Shown: positions 1-8,563 of the stretch, piece after piece | Numbering within the stretch: position 1 is the stretch's first letter | Layout: each line of letters begins with the position of its first letter | Assembly (NCBI GenBank): GCA_016935355.1 | Contig: JAFGRC010000104.1 | Coordinates: forward strand, 22,874 to 86,873 | DNA length: 64,000 bases | Direction: 5' to 3' | DNA from: Bacteroidales bacterium | GTDB taxonomy: Bacteria; Bacteroidota; Bacteroidia; Bacteroidales; UBA10428 | Program-made: the position numbers and the translations under genes | The notes under the pieces: generated by a model | The model's database searches: none | What the model saw: the letters and a program-made list of their open reading frames with translations, nothing else | What the model was told of the DNA's origin: nothing

Positions 1-612
1 GGGACATACGTTAAAGACAACGGTCTCGGAAGTGATCAGGGTATCGGTGAACGTATTACAATGGCCACACAGAATCTTGTGAACAGACTGGGGTCTGAAT
101 TCGGGTATCAGACCAGGTTGATCGCAGCGAGCATCCGGACTGTAGAACAGATTGAATACCTGGCCGGTGTGGATACAATGACCATACCGGTCAGGATTGC
201 TTCAGCAAGCCCCCAAAAGCTTGAAGGTTCATTTTCTTCCAATGTTGACCGTGAATTTCCCGTTCTGCTCAACAAACACGCAGAGTGCTATCATATTGAA
301 AAACTATGGGAAATCAGCGAAGATGAGTTGCTTCTTGCACATGAATTCAACCGAAATCCTCCCAAAAGCGGCATTGAGCTTATAAATCTCGCCCATCAGT
401 CAGGATGTGGTGATCTGTTCCCGATCCTGGCGGAAGAAGACCTGAAACAAATTGCCAGGGACGGTAAAATTCCCGTTCACAGTCACTGGGAAAAACGCAT
501 CCGGTCGGGCGAGCTGGCCCCGGACGCACTGCTGAATCTGGCCGGTCTGGAAAGCTTTGCAGCGGACCAGTCCAGTCTGGATAAAAGGATTGCAGGCATT
601 CTGCTGAAATAA
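1..612 (+). CDS. transaldolase-family protein, C-terminal part (5' end lies outside the window)
   Basis: Frame 1 is open from base 1 with no stop before the ATG at 61, so the gene starts upstream. The segment IAASIRTVEQIEYLAGVDTMTIP resembles the conserved transaldolase-family stretch (ASFRN..qi..LaG.D.lTi.P). Confidence 0.55.
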   Translation, partial: GTYVKDNGLGSDQGIGERITMATQNLVNRLGSEFGYQTRLIAASIRTVEQIEYLAGVDTMTIPVRIASASPQKLEGSFSSNVDREFPVLLNKHAECYHIEKLWEISEDELLLAHEFNRNPPKSGIELINLAHQSGCGDLFPILAEEDLKQIARDGKIPVHSHWEKRIRSGELAPDALLNLAGLESFAADQSSLDKRIAGILLK

Positions 613-696
613 AATTGCAGTAAGATCATCTTCACAAATCAACACTCAGATGCTCAAAAAACGGTGCCCCGGCCGTCATTTTCAAATCGACATTGC

Positions 697-2337
697 TTAC
701 AGTCCAAGCACATCCAGTCCCTGCTCGAACACAATATCCACAGGAATATCCTGCTGCTCAATGCGGTCAAGAGAAGCCTTCAACTGTCCGTCCATGACAC
801 CATAAGTTTCAATCAGCCACGCAGCTTTGTCATAATCACCGTCACCCTGAATTGTAATGATAAGATTTGAAAGAGACACCACAGCCTCCTGCATTTTAAC
901 AAAATCAACGACATATTGTCCGTCAGCCCTTATGGTGAATGCCTCCTTTTCCCTGAAATAGTTGAAGCGTATCAAATTCGCCTTACCATGCGCACTGGAT
1001 GCGCCAAAACGGACCGACCTGAAAATGCCTGCAAGGAATGTTGTATAGGAATCCGTCAGGTCCATTTCCATTTCCCCCATCTCCGTAAGCTTTGTAACAA
1101 GGTATAAGCCCAGAATATCGGCCTTGCTTTCCTCCAGGGTAGTGTAATGTTCCTTTAAAGCCTCCCGCACCGTGCCTTTGCCGTTTATTGTATGGTTGCA
1201 TCCCAGTCCGTGCGCAATTTCATGAAACATGGTGTTGGTAAAAAAAGCATCAAAGGTTATATGTTCCAGGTCACTTTGCGTGATAAGTTCATTCGCAATG
1301 GGGACTAATATTTGATCAAATTTTGCCTGCATGGCATTCTTCAGCTGTAACCGCCGGCTGCCTTTTGCCTGCTGCACGCGTTCATCATTCGGAAGGTTTA
1401 TGGCGATTGTTTTGGCACCTGCATTGCAATCACCCGCATAATATATTGCATCATAAACACCAAGATCGGAGCTGCTGCCCGGGGTTTCCGACTTATAAGC
1501 CACATCGGCAGGCAACTGCTCCTGCAGCATGGGAAGCAAAGCTTCAAATTTTGACAGCCTTTCGGTCCATTCCAGATCCTTTATCAGTATATAAGCTTCA
1601 TGTGCCGCTTTGTATCCGTATAGCTGATCTTCATATGTTTCAATGGGACCTGCAACAAAATCGATAAGATTTTCTTTCATATCCATCCATGCCATATCAC
1701 TCATATAATAATTGTCTGTAAGCAAAGCTTCTGCCCGCAGTTCAAGATATTTCCCAAATCCGGGGTCTTCAGCCAGAGCGGCGGCCTCATGCATCAACCG
1801 TGAAGCTGTTCCCACCCGTTCCCTGAAAGCCTCATGATAGGGAACAACCTGAAGCTTCCCTTCATTATCCCTCCGTATCAGCGTATAAGAGCTGGTTTTA
1901 TCCGCAGCATCGAACTGCTCAAATTCGTTTTTTGTCAAATCAGCCGGATAAAAATTCGCTCCCGGGGGCTTCGGACCGAATCCTTCAACAAAAGGAAGAT
2001 TGTTATTTAAACGTTCCCATGGGCCGTAATTTATCATGCCAAGCCGTTTTTCAGCATCGGTTTCAAGACTTTCCAGAAAAGCTTCCTGATCGCCGTATGC
2101 TTCCGCCCAGAAGATGTCATTCATGATTTGCGCCACTTCAATCAGTATGGGTATCATTTTCTTCTGGTTTTCAGACAATATCGTGAGATCGGTTGTCAGC
2201 CTGAATGAGGCAAAATCGTTCAGTTTCATCATTATAGAATCAATTGGTAGCACATTGCTTTCAGTATACGAGGGTCTGCACCCCGGCAGGGTAATGCACA
2301 TAACCGCTGCTAAAAAGGGAAAAATTATGCTTTTCAT
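697..2337 (-). CDS. lipoprotein zinc metallopeptidase, peptidase family M49 (DPP III-like, pentapeptide-motif subgroup)
   Basis: 546-aa ORF. It has a lipoprotein-type signal (MKSIIFPFLAAVMCITLPGC). HEIAH (HExxH) is followed about 30 aa later by EESKAD, the two-motif zinc site arrangement of M49 enzymes. Confidence 0.6.
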   Translation of the reverse strand: MKSIIFPFLAAVMCITLPGCRPSYTESNVLPIDSIMMKLNDFASFRLTTDLTILSENQKKMIPILIEVAQIMNDIFWAEAYGDQEAFLESLETDAEKRLGMINYGPWERLNNNLPFVEGFGPKPPGANFYPADLTKNEFEQFDAADKTSSYTLIRRDNEGKLQVVPYHEAFRERVGTASRLMHEAAALAEDPGFGKYLELRAEALLTDNYYMSDMAWMDMKENLIDFVAGPIETYEDQLYGYKAAHEAYILIKDLEWTERLSKFEALLPMLQEQLPADVAYKSETPGSSSDLGVYDAIYYAGDCNAGAKTIAINLPNDERVQQAKGSRRLQLKNAMQAKFDQILVPIANELITQSDLEHITFDAFFTNTMFHEIAHGLGCNHTINGKGTVREALKEHYTTLEESKADILGLYLVTKLTEMGEMEMDLTDSYTTFLAGIFRSVRFGASSAHGKANLIRFNYFREKEAFTIRADGQYVVDFVKMQEAVVSLSNLIITIQGDGDYDKAAWLIETYGVMDGQLKASLDRIEQQDIPVDIVFEQGLDVLGL

Positions 2338-2342
2338 AAGTA

Positions 2343-3104
2343 TTAAATTTGATTATTACTATTTTTTGAAAATATTTTAAAATGAAAGATTCCGGCCTTT
2401 TGTAAAAAATAGGATAATGACACAATCAGTACACCCAGACCATATTTAATACTTCCTGTAAAATTAACAGATGATGCCTCATCATCATACTGAGTGGGAC
2501 ATGTAATTTCAGCAATTTCGAATCCTGCATAAAAAATCTGTGCAAGGATCTGGTTGTCAAAGACAAAATCATCCGAATTCACCTGATAACTGATCTGCTC
2601 CAGAACGTTCCTTGAAAATGCCCTGAAGCCGGTATGGTATTCAGACAACTTCTGGTTCATGAGCAGGTTTTGCACAAAAGTCAGCACCCGGTTGGCAACG
2701 TATTTGTAAACAGGCATACCCCCTTTCAGTGCGCCTTTGCCCAGGATCCTCGAACCCAGAACGACTTCATACATGCCGTTCGCAATCAGATAACACATGG
2801 AATGTATCAGTCGCGGTGAATACTGGTAGTCGGGATGCAACATCACGATGATATCCGAATTTAATTCCAGGGCTTTATCGTAGCATGTTTTCTGGTTGCC
2901 ACCGTATCCCCTGTTCTGCAAATGAGAAATAACATGTCTGATGCCAAGTGCCTTTGCTTTTTTTATGGTATTGTCCTCACTCAGATCATCAACCAGGATC
3001 ACATGATCAACAATATCGAACGGTATCTCATGGTATGTTCGTTCCAGCGTTCTCTCCGCATTGTATGCCGGTAAAACGACTGTGATGCATTTGTCGTTGA
3101 TCAT
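2343..3104 (-). CDS. family 2 glycosyltransferase (dolichyl-phosphate mannose synthase-like)
   Basis: 253-aa ORF. The N-terminus VVLPAYNAERTLERT...VILVDDLSEDNT is the GT2 Rossmann/DxD signature. Its stop is 5 nt upstream of the M49 gene start, which suggests an operon. Confidence 0.85.
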   Translation of the reverse strand: MINDKCITVVLPAYNAERTLERTYHEIPFDIVDHVILVDDLSEDNTIKKAKALGIRHVISHLQNRGYGGNQKTCYDKALELNSDIIVMLHPDYQYSPRLIHSMCYLIANGMYEVVLGSRILGKGALKGGMPVYKYVANRVLTFVQNLLMNQKLSEYHTGFRAFSRNVLEQISYQVNSDDFVFDNQILAQIFYAGFEIAEITCPTQYDDEASSVNFTGSIKYGLGVLIVSLSYFLQKAGIFHFKIFSKNSNNQI

Positions 3105-3514
3105 CCTGTATTACAATGGTTATTAATCACAACAACCGGACCCGTTTCTTTCATAAAGCACACTTTATGCCGGAAACCGGTTCATTTCTGTGCACTGATC
3201 GCGATCTGAACTGCAAAGTAAGCAGTTTTATCGATAACTTCATCGTGTTAAATGTCAACATCTTTATCAGTGAATTTAAAAGAATCCGGATTTTGCCGTA
3301 AAGAATCCTGTACCGGTTGATATTCCGGAGCATTAAATGATAAACATACCCCCTATATCTGCCTTGCTGAAACAAAATGGCTGATAAAAACTTCAGGCTA
3401 AAAATCCGGCCTTTTGTCGATAAAAAGTCCCTGTACTTATATTAGTGTTGCAGAGTTTAATCAGAAAATTGTAATTTGATGCTAAATTACTCGTGAACGT
3501 ATATCATATCAAAA

Positions 3515-4141
3515 ATGCAAAATACAATATTGGGTCTTGATATTTTCCATGCGACCAGTTTTAATGAATTGCTCTTGAGATTTGCTATCAACAGCAGTGT
3601 CATACTGATCATTGTAAGGCTCCTGTATTATCCCATCGCCAAAAGAAAGGATTATCTGTTCAGTTTTACATTGGTGTCCACGCTGGTTTTTCTGCTCTGT
3701 TTTCTGCTGGAGAGCGTTGAACTGCAGCTGGGATTTGCTTTCGGAATGTTTGCCATCTTTGGCATCCTCCGGTTTCGTACCAACCAGATTCCGATCAAGG
3801 AAATGACCTATTTGTTTGTTCTGATCGGAATTTCCGTGATCAATGCATTGGCAGGGGATTCTTTCAGTCTGGTTGAACTCTTATTCACCAACCTGGTCAT
3901 TATCATCATCGTTTACGGCCTGGAAAAACTATGGCTGCAGGAACGCGAATGTTCACAAATCATTATCTATGACAAACTGGAAATGATTGTCCCCGATAAA
4001 CGTGAGGAGCTTATTCAGGATTTACGCATAAAAACCGGTCTGGACATATACCGGGTTGAAATCAGCCGCATCAATTACATGACCCAAAGGGTCCGTATTG
4101 TAATATATTATCGCGATGATAAGGCTCCGGAAGGAGAATAA
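3515..4141 (+). CDS. DUF4956-like integral membrane protein
   Basis: 208-aa ORF with 4-5 hydrophobic helices and a soluble C-terminal tail (IIYDKLEMIVPDKREELIQDLRIKTGLDIYRVEISRINY...). I recognise this layout from the DUF4956 family, which usually accompanies VTC, CotH and Cthe_2159 genes. Confidence 0.55.
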   Translation: MQNTILGLDIFHATSFNELLLRFAINSSVILIIVRLLYYPIAKRKDYLFSFTLVSTLVFLLCFLLESVELQLGFAFGMFAIFGILRFRTNQIPIKEMTYLFVLIGISVINALAGDSFSLVELLFTNLVIIIIVYGLEKLWLQERECSQIIIYDKLEMIVPDKREELIQDLRIKTGLDIYRVEISRINYMTQRVRIVIYYRDDKAPEGE

Positions 4142-4205
4142 CTCCGGTATATCCGGCACTATGTTTTAAAAGTACGGTCCCTGAGATGCTAAAACCAGTT
4201 AAAAC

Positions 4206-6143
4206 ATGTTGAAAAGTGAAAAACTATGTAAAAAGAAAGCATCCCTGCTTCTGATCGGTTATCTGACCCTGATTGGGTTTTCAACTTGTCAGATAAGTAA
4301 CAGGGACCAGTCCCCTTCCGGTGATCCCCAATTTATGGATCGTCAAGACTTCAGGCGTAACATACCTGTGGCTGGTGATGAAAATGCATTCCATAATGAG
4401 GAACCTGCTGATGCCGTGAAGCCTGCTGTTGCCTTGGAACCGGCCGGTGATCAGGAAGCGGATTACCCCTTGGTTTATTATCCTGCCGTTGCGGATGCAT
4501 TAAGGGACAATCAGACGGATCATGAAGATGCAGGTGATGATGACTGGAATGATGCCGGAGCGGTTCAGATCATCCTGAACGGAAAAACCATAAATATAAG
4601 CGGAAAGGGTGCGATCGCAGACGGAAGCATCGTTACGATCACCGCTGCCGGTACTTACATCCTCAGCGGCCGGCTTTCCGATGGCCGTATCATTGTGAGT
4701 TCAGATGACAAGGGAACGGTCAAACTTGTGCTGAACGGTGTTGACATCAGTTGTGCAACAAGTTCCCCGGTATACATCCAGAATGCAGGCAAAGCCATCA
4801 TCATCGTTTCCGATCAAACCGAAAACCATATCGCGGACGGAGCATCATACGTATTTGAAAATCCTGATGAAACCGAACCCAATGCTGCAATTTTCAGCAA
4901 GGCCGACCTGTCACTTTACGGGAGGGGCAAACTGACCGTGGAAGGCAACTATAATGATGGCATTGCAAGCAAAGACGGCCTGATCATATCAAACAGCAAC
5001 ATTACCGTGCATGCTGTTGACGATGGAATAAGGGGTAAAGACTATCTTGTGGTGAAGAGCGGAAATATTAAGATAAATGCAGGCGGTGACGGACTAAAAT
5101 CGGATCATTCCGAAGATGCTGATAAAGGTTATGTATACATCAGGTCGGGTACCATCGACATTCATGCTGGAGGTGACGCCATTCAGGGCGTCACCGATGT
5201 ACTGCTCGCCACAGGTGACTTTACACTGGTTTCAGGCAGCAGCAAACTCCAGTCCTCCGGAAAAGGAATAAGTGCCGATGTGAACACCATCATTGACGGG
5301 GGAAATCTGTCAATTACCTCTGTTGATGACGGTGTTCACTCGAACGGAAGCATTGTGATCAACGGAGGTTCACTGCTGATCTCCACCAATGATGACGGTA
5401 TACATGCCGACTCCATGATCACGATTAACAAGGGTAACATTAACATTACAGAATCGTATGAAGGTATTGAAAGTAAGATTGTTACCATAAACGATGGAGA
5501 CATCCGCGTCGTTTCGAGTGACGACGGTCTGAATGCTGCCGTAGGCAATCAGGGTTTCGGTATGGGAAGAAGACCGCCGGGACCCGGGGATCGCGGAGGC
5601 CGTGGTGGTGGTTTCGGCAGTTTCGGAAATTGCTTCCTTTACATTAACGGTGGCCATATTGTGGTCGATGCCAATGGTGATGGTATCGATATAAACGGTT
5701 CCGTTGTCATGACAGGTGGTAATCTGATTGTAAACGGACCCACAGCGGATTTTAATTCGGCACTGGATTACGACGGCTATTTCACCTTATCCGAAGGTTT
5801 CCTGGTCGCTGCAGGCAGTGCCCGGATGGCACAGATTCCCGGCAACACTTCAACACAGAATTCATTGTTACTGAATTTTCAAAGTGCACAGCAGGCGGGT
5901 ACCTTGTTTCATATACAAACCAGCTCAGGAAAGAAAATCCTTACATTCGTTCCTTCAAAAAGATATCAGTCAATAGCATTCTCTTCACCGGATCTGATCA
6001 CAGGCACATCATATGATGTATTTACCGGTGGCAGGTCGACCGGCTCGCCGCAGTACGGGCTATATCATACCGGATCATACACTCCCGGTATAAAATATGC
6101 AAGTTTTACCTTGTCCGGCAATGTTACGAGGCTAACCAAATAG
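4206..6143 (+). CDS. secreted right-handed beta-helix protein, Cthe_2159-like carbohydrate-binding family
   Basis: 645-aa ORF with a signal/lipoprotein-like N-terminus (LIGFSTC). There are more than 8 periodic turns carrying DDGI/GDGL/GDAI/DDGV/DDGIH/YEGIE/DDGLN/GDGID motifs, plus a Gly/Arg-rich insert (GRRPPGPGDRGGRGGGFGSFG). Both features are typical of the PF14262-type family. Confidence 0.55.
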   Translation: MLKSEKLCKKKASLLLIGYLTLIGFSTCQISNRDQSPSGDPQFMDRQDFRRNIPVAGDENAFHNEEPADAVKPAVALEPAGDQEADYPLVYYPAVADALRDNQTDHEDAGDDDWNDAGAVQIILNGKTINISGKGAIADGSIVTITAAGTYILSGRLSDGRIIVSSDDKGTVKLVLNGVDISCATSSPVYIQNAGKAIIIVSDQTENHIADGASYVFENPDETEPNAAIFSKADLSLYGRGKLTVEGNYNDGIASKDGLIISNSNITVHAVDDGIRGKDYLVVKSGNIKINAGGDGLKSDHSEDADKGYVYIRSGTIDIHAGGDAIQGVTDVLLATGDFTLVSGSSKLQSSGKGISADVNTIIDGGNLSITSVDDGVHSNGSIVINGGSLLISTNDDGIHADSMITINKGNINITESYEGIESKIVTINDGDIRVVSSDDGLNAAVGNQGFGMGRRPPGPGDRGGRGGGFGSFGNCFLYINGGHIVVDANGDGIDINGSVVMTGGNLIVNGPTADFNSALDYDGYFTLSEGFLVAAGSARMAQIPGNTSTQNSLLLNFQSAQQAGTLFHIQTSSGKKILTFVPSKRYQSIAFSSPDLITGTSYDVFTGGRSTGSPQYGLYHTGSYTPGIKYASFTLSGNVTRLTK

Positions 6144-6290
6144 CAGCCGAAGAACTTTATTTCAATTTCCTTTTTTAATTTTACCATGAATCGCTGACAG
6201 CCGTTTTCGATTGAACACGTACATCCCCTCCTGGTTCTGAAGCCGTTTGCTTTCTACAGTCAACGGTCAGGTTAAACAAAAGATAATTAA

Positions 6291-6298
6291 TATATTTG
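6291..6298 (+). promoter_or_regulatory. candidate Bacteroidota -7 promoter box (TATATTTG = TAnnTTTG)
   Basis: Exact match to TAnnTTTG, 73 nt upstream of the ATG at 6371. A motif with 6 fixed bases is only weak evidence in AT-rich spacer. Confidence 0.3.
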
Positions 6299-6370
6299 CT
6301 TTATCGGTACAACTTTATATTTTCTGTTCGATACATGGAAGACTGAAATATCCATAAAACTCCCGGAATC

Positions 6371-8563
6371 ATGAAAAGACTCATTATCATTTCAAACCGT
6401 TTGCCCGTCAGCATAACAGAAAACAACGATGAAATCAGTTATTCCAAAAGCGTGGGTGGACTGGCCACTGGTCTTGATTCCCTGGATTTCCAGACAGAGA
6501 TGCACTGGATTGGTTGGCCCGGCATCCATCCCGATGATGAAGTCAAAAAACAAAAAATAACCCGGGATCTGAAAAGTCAGCACATCCATCCCGTATTCCT
6601 TTCTTCTGAACAGATACATTATTATTATGAAGGTTATAGCAACAGCACCATCTGGCCGCTTTTCCATTACTTTTTTGTATACACCGAATATGATGCAAGG
6701 TTTTGGGAAACTTACAAGAGCGTTAACCAGTTGTTTCTGGAGGAAGTAAAAAAAGTCGTGCAACCCGATGATCTCATCTGGATTCATGATTACCACCTGA
6801 TGCTTCTTCCAGGAATGTTGCGGGATCATTTTCCCGAGTGCCGTATCGGTTTTTTTCTGCACATACCGTTCCCTTCCTATGAATTGTTCAGGGTGTTACC
6901 GGAACGGGCGGAAATTTTGCAGGGATTGCTGGGTGCTGACCTGGTCGGATTTCACACATTCGAATACATGCGCCACTTCATCAGTTCGGTATACAGGATC
7001 CTCGGGCTTGAATTTACTATCAATGAAACGATCTTTAAAAACCGGCCGGTAAGGGTCGATAATTTCCCGATGGGTATCAATTATGACCTGTATCACAATA
7101 TTGCAGAAGACCCTGAGGTAAAGATTCATATAGATCATTATTCAGAACAGTTTAAAAATAAAACGATCATCTTCTCGGTCGACCGGCTGGATTACAGCAA
7201 AGGGATACTGCACAGGCTGAAGGCATACGACAGGTTTCTCGAAACATATCCGGTATACAGAAAGAATGTTGTATTGATCCTGCTTGTCGTGCCATCGAGG
7301 GATAGCGTGGAAAAATACCAGGATTTGAAGATGAGGATCGACGAGTATGCCGGATACCTTAACGGAAAATACAGTGATATCAACTGGGCGCCTGTTCATT
7401 ATCTCTACCGCTCTTTTGATCTCAAACATCTTTGTGCCCTATATTACATTTCAGATGTAGCCCTTGTGACTCCGTTGAGAGACGGGATGAACCTCATCGC
7501 AAAAGAATACGTCGCCACCAAAAAGAACAAGCCCGGGGTTTTAATCCTGAGTGAAATGACCGGTGCGATCATTGAATTAAATGAAGCTTTACGCGTGAAT
7601 CCCAATAATATTGAAGAAATAAAAGACACCTTGTTCTTTGCTCTGAATATTCCGGAATCTGAACAATTGCAGCGGCTGGAGAAAATGCAGAAAGTGCTCA
7701 GCCGGCAAACGAATGCCAAATGGACAGGTGATTTTTTCTCAGAGCTTGAAAATATCGGACTGATCCGGAAAAAAATCGGCGGGAAATATATCGATGCCAA
7801 CAACCGGAATACAATAATCAATACATACCGGAAAGGGAAAAAAAGATTGTTTCTTCTCGATTATGACGGCACGCTGACAGGCTTTGCAAAAGATCCTTAC
7901 AAAGCCGTGCCGGACGAGAAACTGCATATCCTGATCAACCAGCTCATTGCATCTCCAAAAAACAAGGTTGTGATCATTTCAGGAAGAGACAGGAGGTTCC
8001 TGGAACAATATTTTCCCCAGCCCGAGCTCGTTCTTATTGCCGAACACGGTTCATTCATCCGCAGGCAGGGAAAATGGACCAGGAAGTTTACGAAGCAAAA
8101 ACATGACTGGAAGGAAGAGATTTCCGAGCTCATACAACCCATAACGGACAGAACACCCGGGTCAGCAATAGAAATAAAAGAAGCTTCCATTGTATGGCAT
8201 TACAGAAAAACAGACCTCTGGCTGGCCGATCTTCGGGTTAAGCAACTGCTTGACACTTTGATATATCCCTGTACCCGGCTGAATCTTCAGATCATGAAAG
8301 GAAACAAAATAGTTGAAGTCAAGTATCCCGGTGTCAACAAAGGCTCTGCTGCAGTTGCAATGCTTGATTTTTTTCCGTCTGATTACATTCTTGCTGCAGG
8401 TGACGATACTACCGACGAGGACATGTTCATGGTGCTCCCTGAAAAAGCGATTACCATTAAAATCGGAGGATACTCACAAAATGCAAAGTATTATCTGCAT
8501 TCTCACAATGAATTCCTGGAATTCCTTGAGAACCTGACGCAGGATAACCAAACCCGGATATAA
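6371..8563 (+). CDS. otsA: bifunctional trehalose-6-phosphate synthase (GT20) / trehalose-6-phosphate phosphatase fusion
   Basis: 730-aa ORF. The N-terminal ~460 aa have OtsA hallmarks (IISNRLP, VGGLATGL, IWIHDYHLMLLP, FFLHIPFPS, VTPLRDGMNLIAKEY). The C-terminal ~240 aa form a HAD phosphatase (LFLLDYDGTL ... GDDTTDEDMF). Confidence 0.9.
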   Translation: MKRLIIISNRLPVSITENNDEISYSKSVGGLATGLDSLDFQTEMHWIGWPGIHPDDEVKKQKITRDLKSQHIHPVFLSSEQIHYYYEGYSNSTIWPLFHYFFVYTEYDARFWETYKSVNQLFLEEVKKVVQPDDLIWIHDYHLMLLPGMLRDHFPECRIGFFLHIPFPSYELFRVLPERAEILQGLLGADLVGFHTFEYMRHFISSVYRILGLEFTINETIFKNRPVRVDNFPMGINYDLYHNIAEDPEVKIHIDHYSEQFKNKTIIFSVDRLDYSKGILHRLKAYDRFLETYPVYRKNVVLILLVVPSRDSVEKYQDLKMRIDEYAGYLNGKYSDINWAPVHYLYRSFDLKHLCALYYISDVALVTPLRDGMNLIAKEYVATKKNKPGVLILSEMTGAIIELNEALRVNPNNIEEIKDTLFFALNIPESEQLQRLEKMQKVLSRQTNAKWTGDFFSELENIGLIRKKIGGKYIDANNRNTIINTYRKGKKRLFLLDYDGTLTGFAKDPYKAVPDEKLHILINQLIASPKNKVVIISGRDRRFLEQYFPQPELVLIAEHGSFIRRQGKWTRKFTKQKHDWKEEISELIQPITDRTPGSAIEIKEASIVWHYRKTDLWLADLRVKQLLDTLIYPCTRLNLQIMKGNKIVEVKYPGVNKGSAAVAMLDFFPSDYILAAGDDTTDEDMFMVLPEKAITIKIGGYSQNAKYYLHSHNEFLEFLENLTQDNQTRI

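Noticed and set aside
613-696. A possible hairpin terminator (AAAAAACGGTGCCCCGGCCGTCATTTT) between the convergent transaldolase-like and M49 genes.
   Set aside because: The best pairing I could draw needs a 2-nt loop or large bulges, so the structure is not convincing by eye.
2391-3417. A 13-nt exact repeat, TCCGGCCTTTTGT, at 2391-2403 and 3405-3417.
   Set aside because: In 64 kb, tens of repeated 13-mers are expected by chance (about N^2/2 divided by 4^13). There is no extended similarity around the two copies.
6392-7821. A series of minus-strand ORFs (156, 80, 95, 63 and 125 aa) inside the otsA-otsB fusion.
   Set aside because: All are antisense to a strongly supported 730-aa gene, and none has a recognisable motif.
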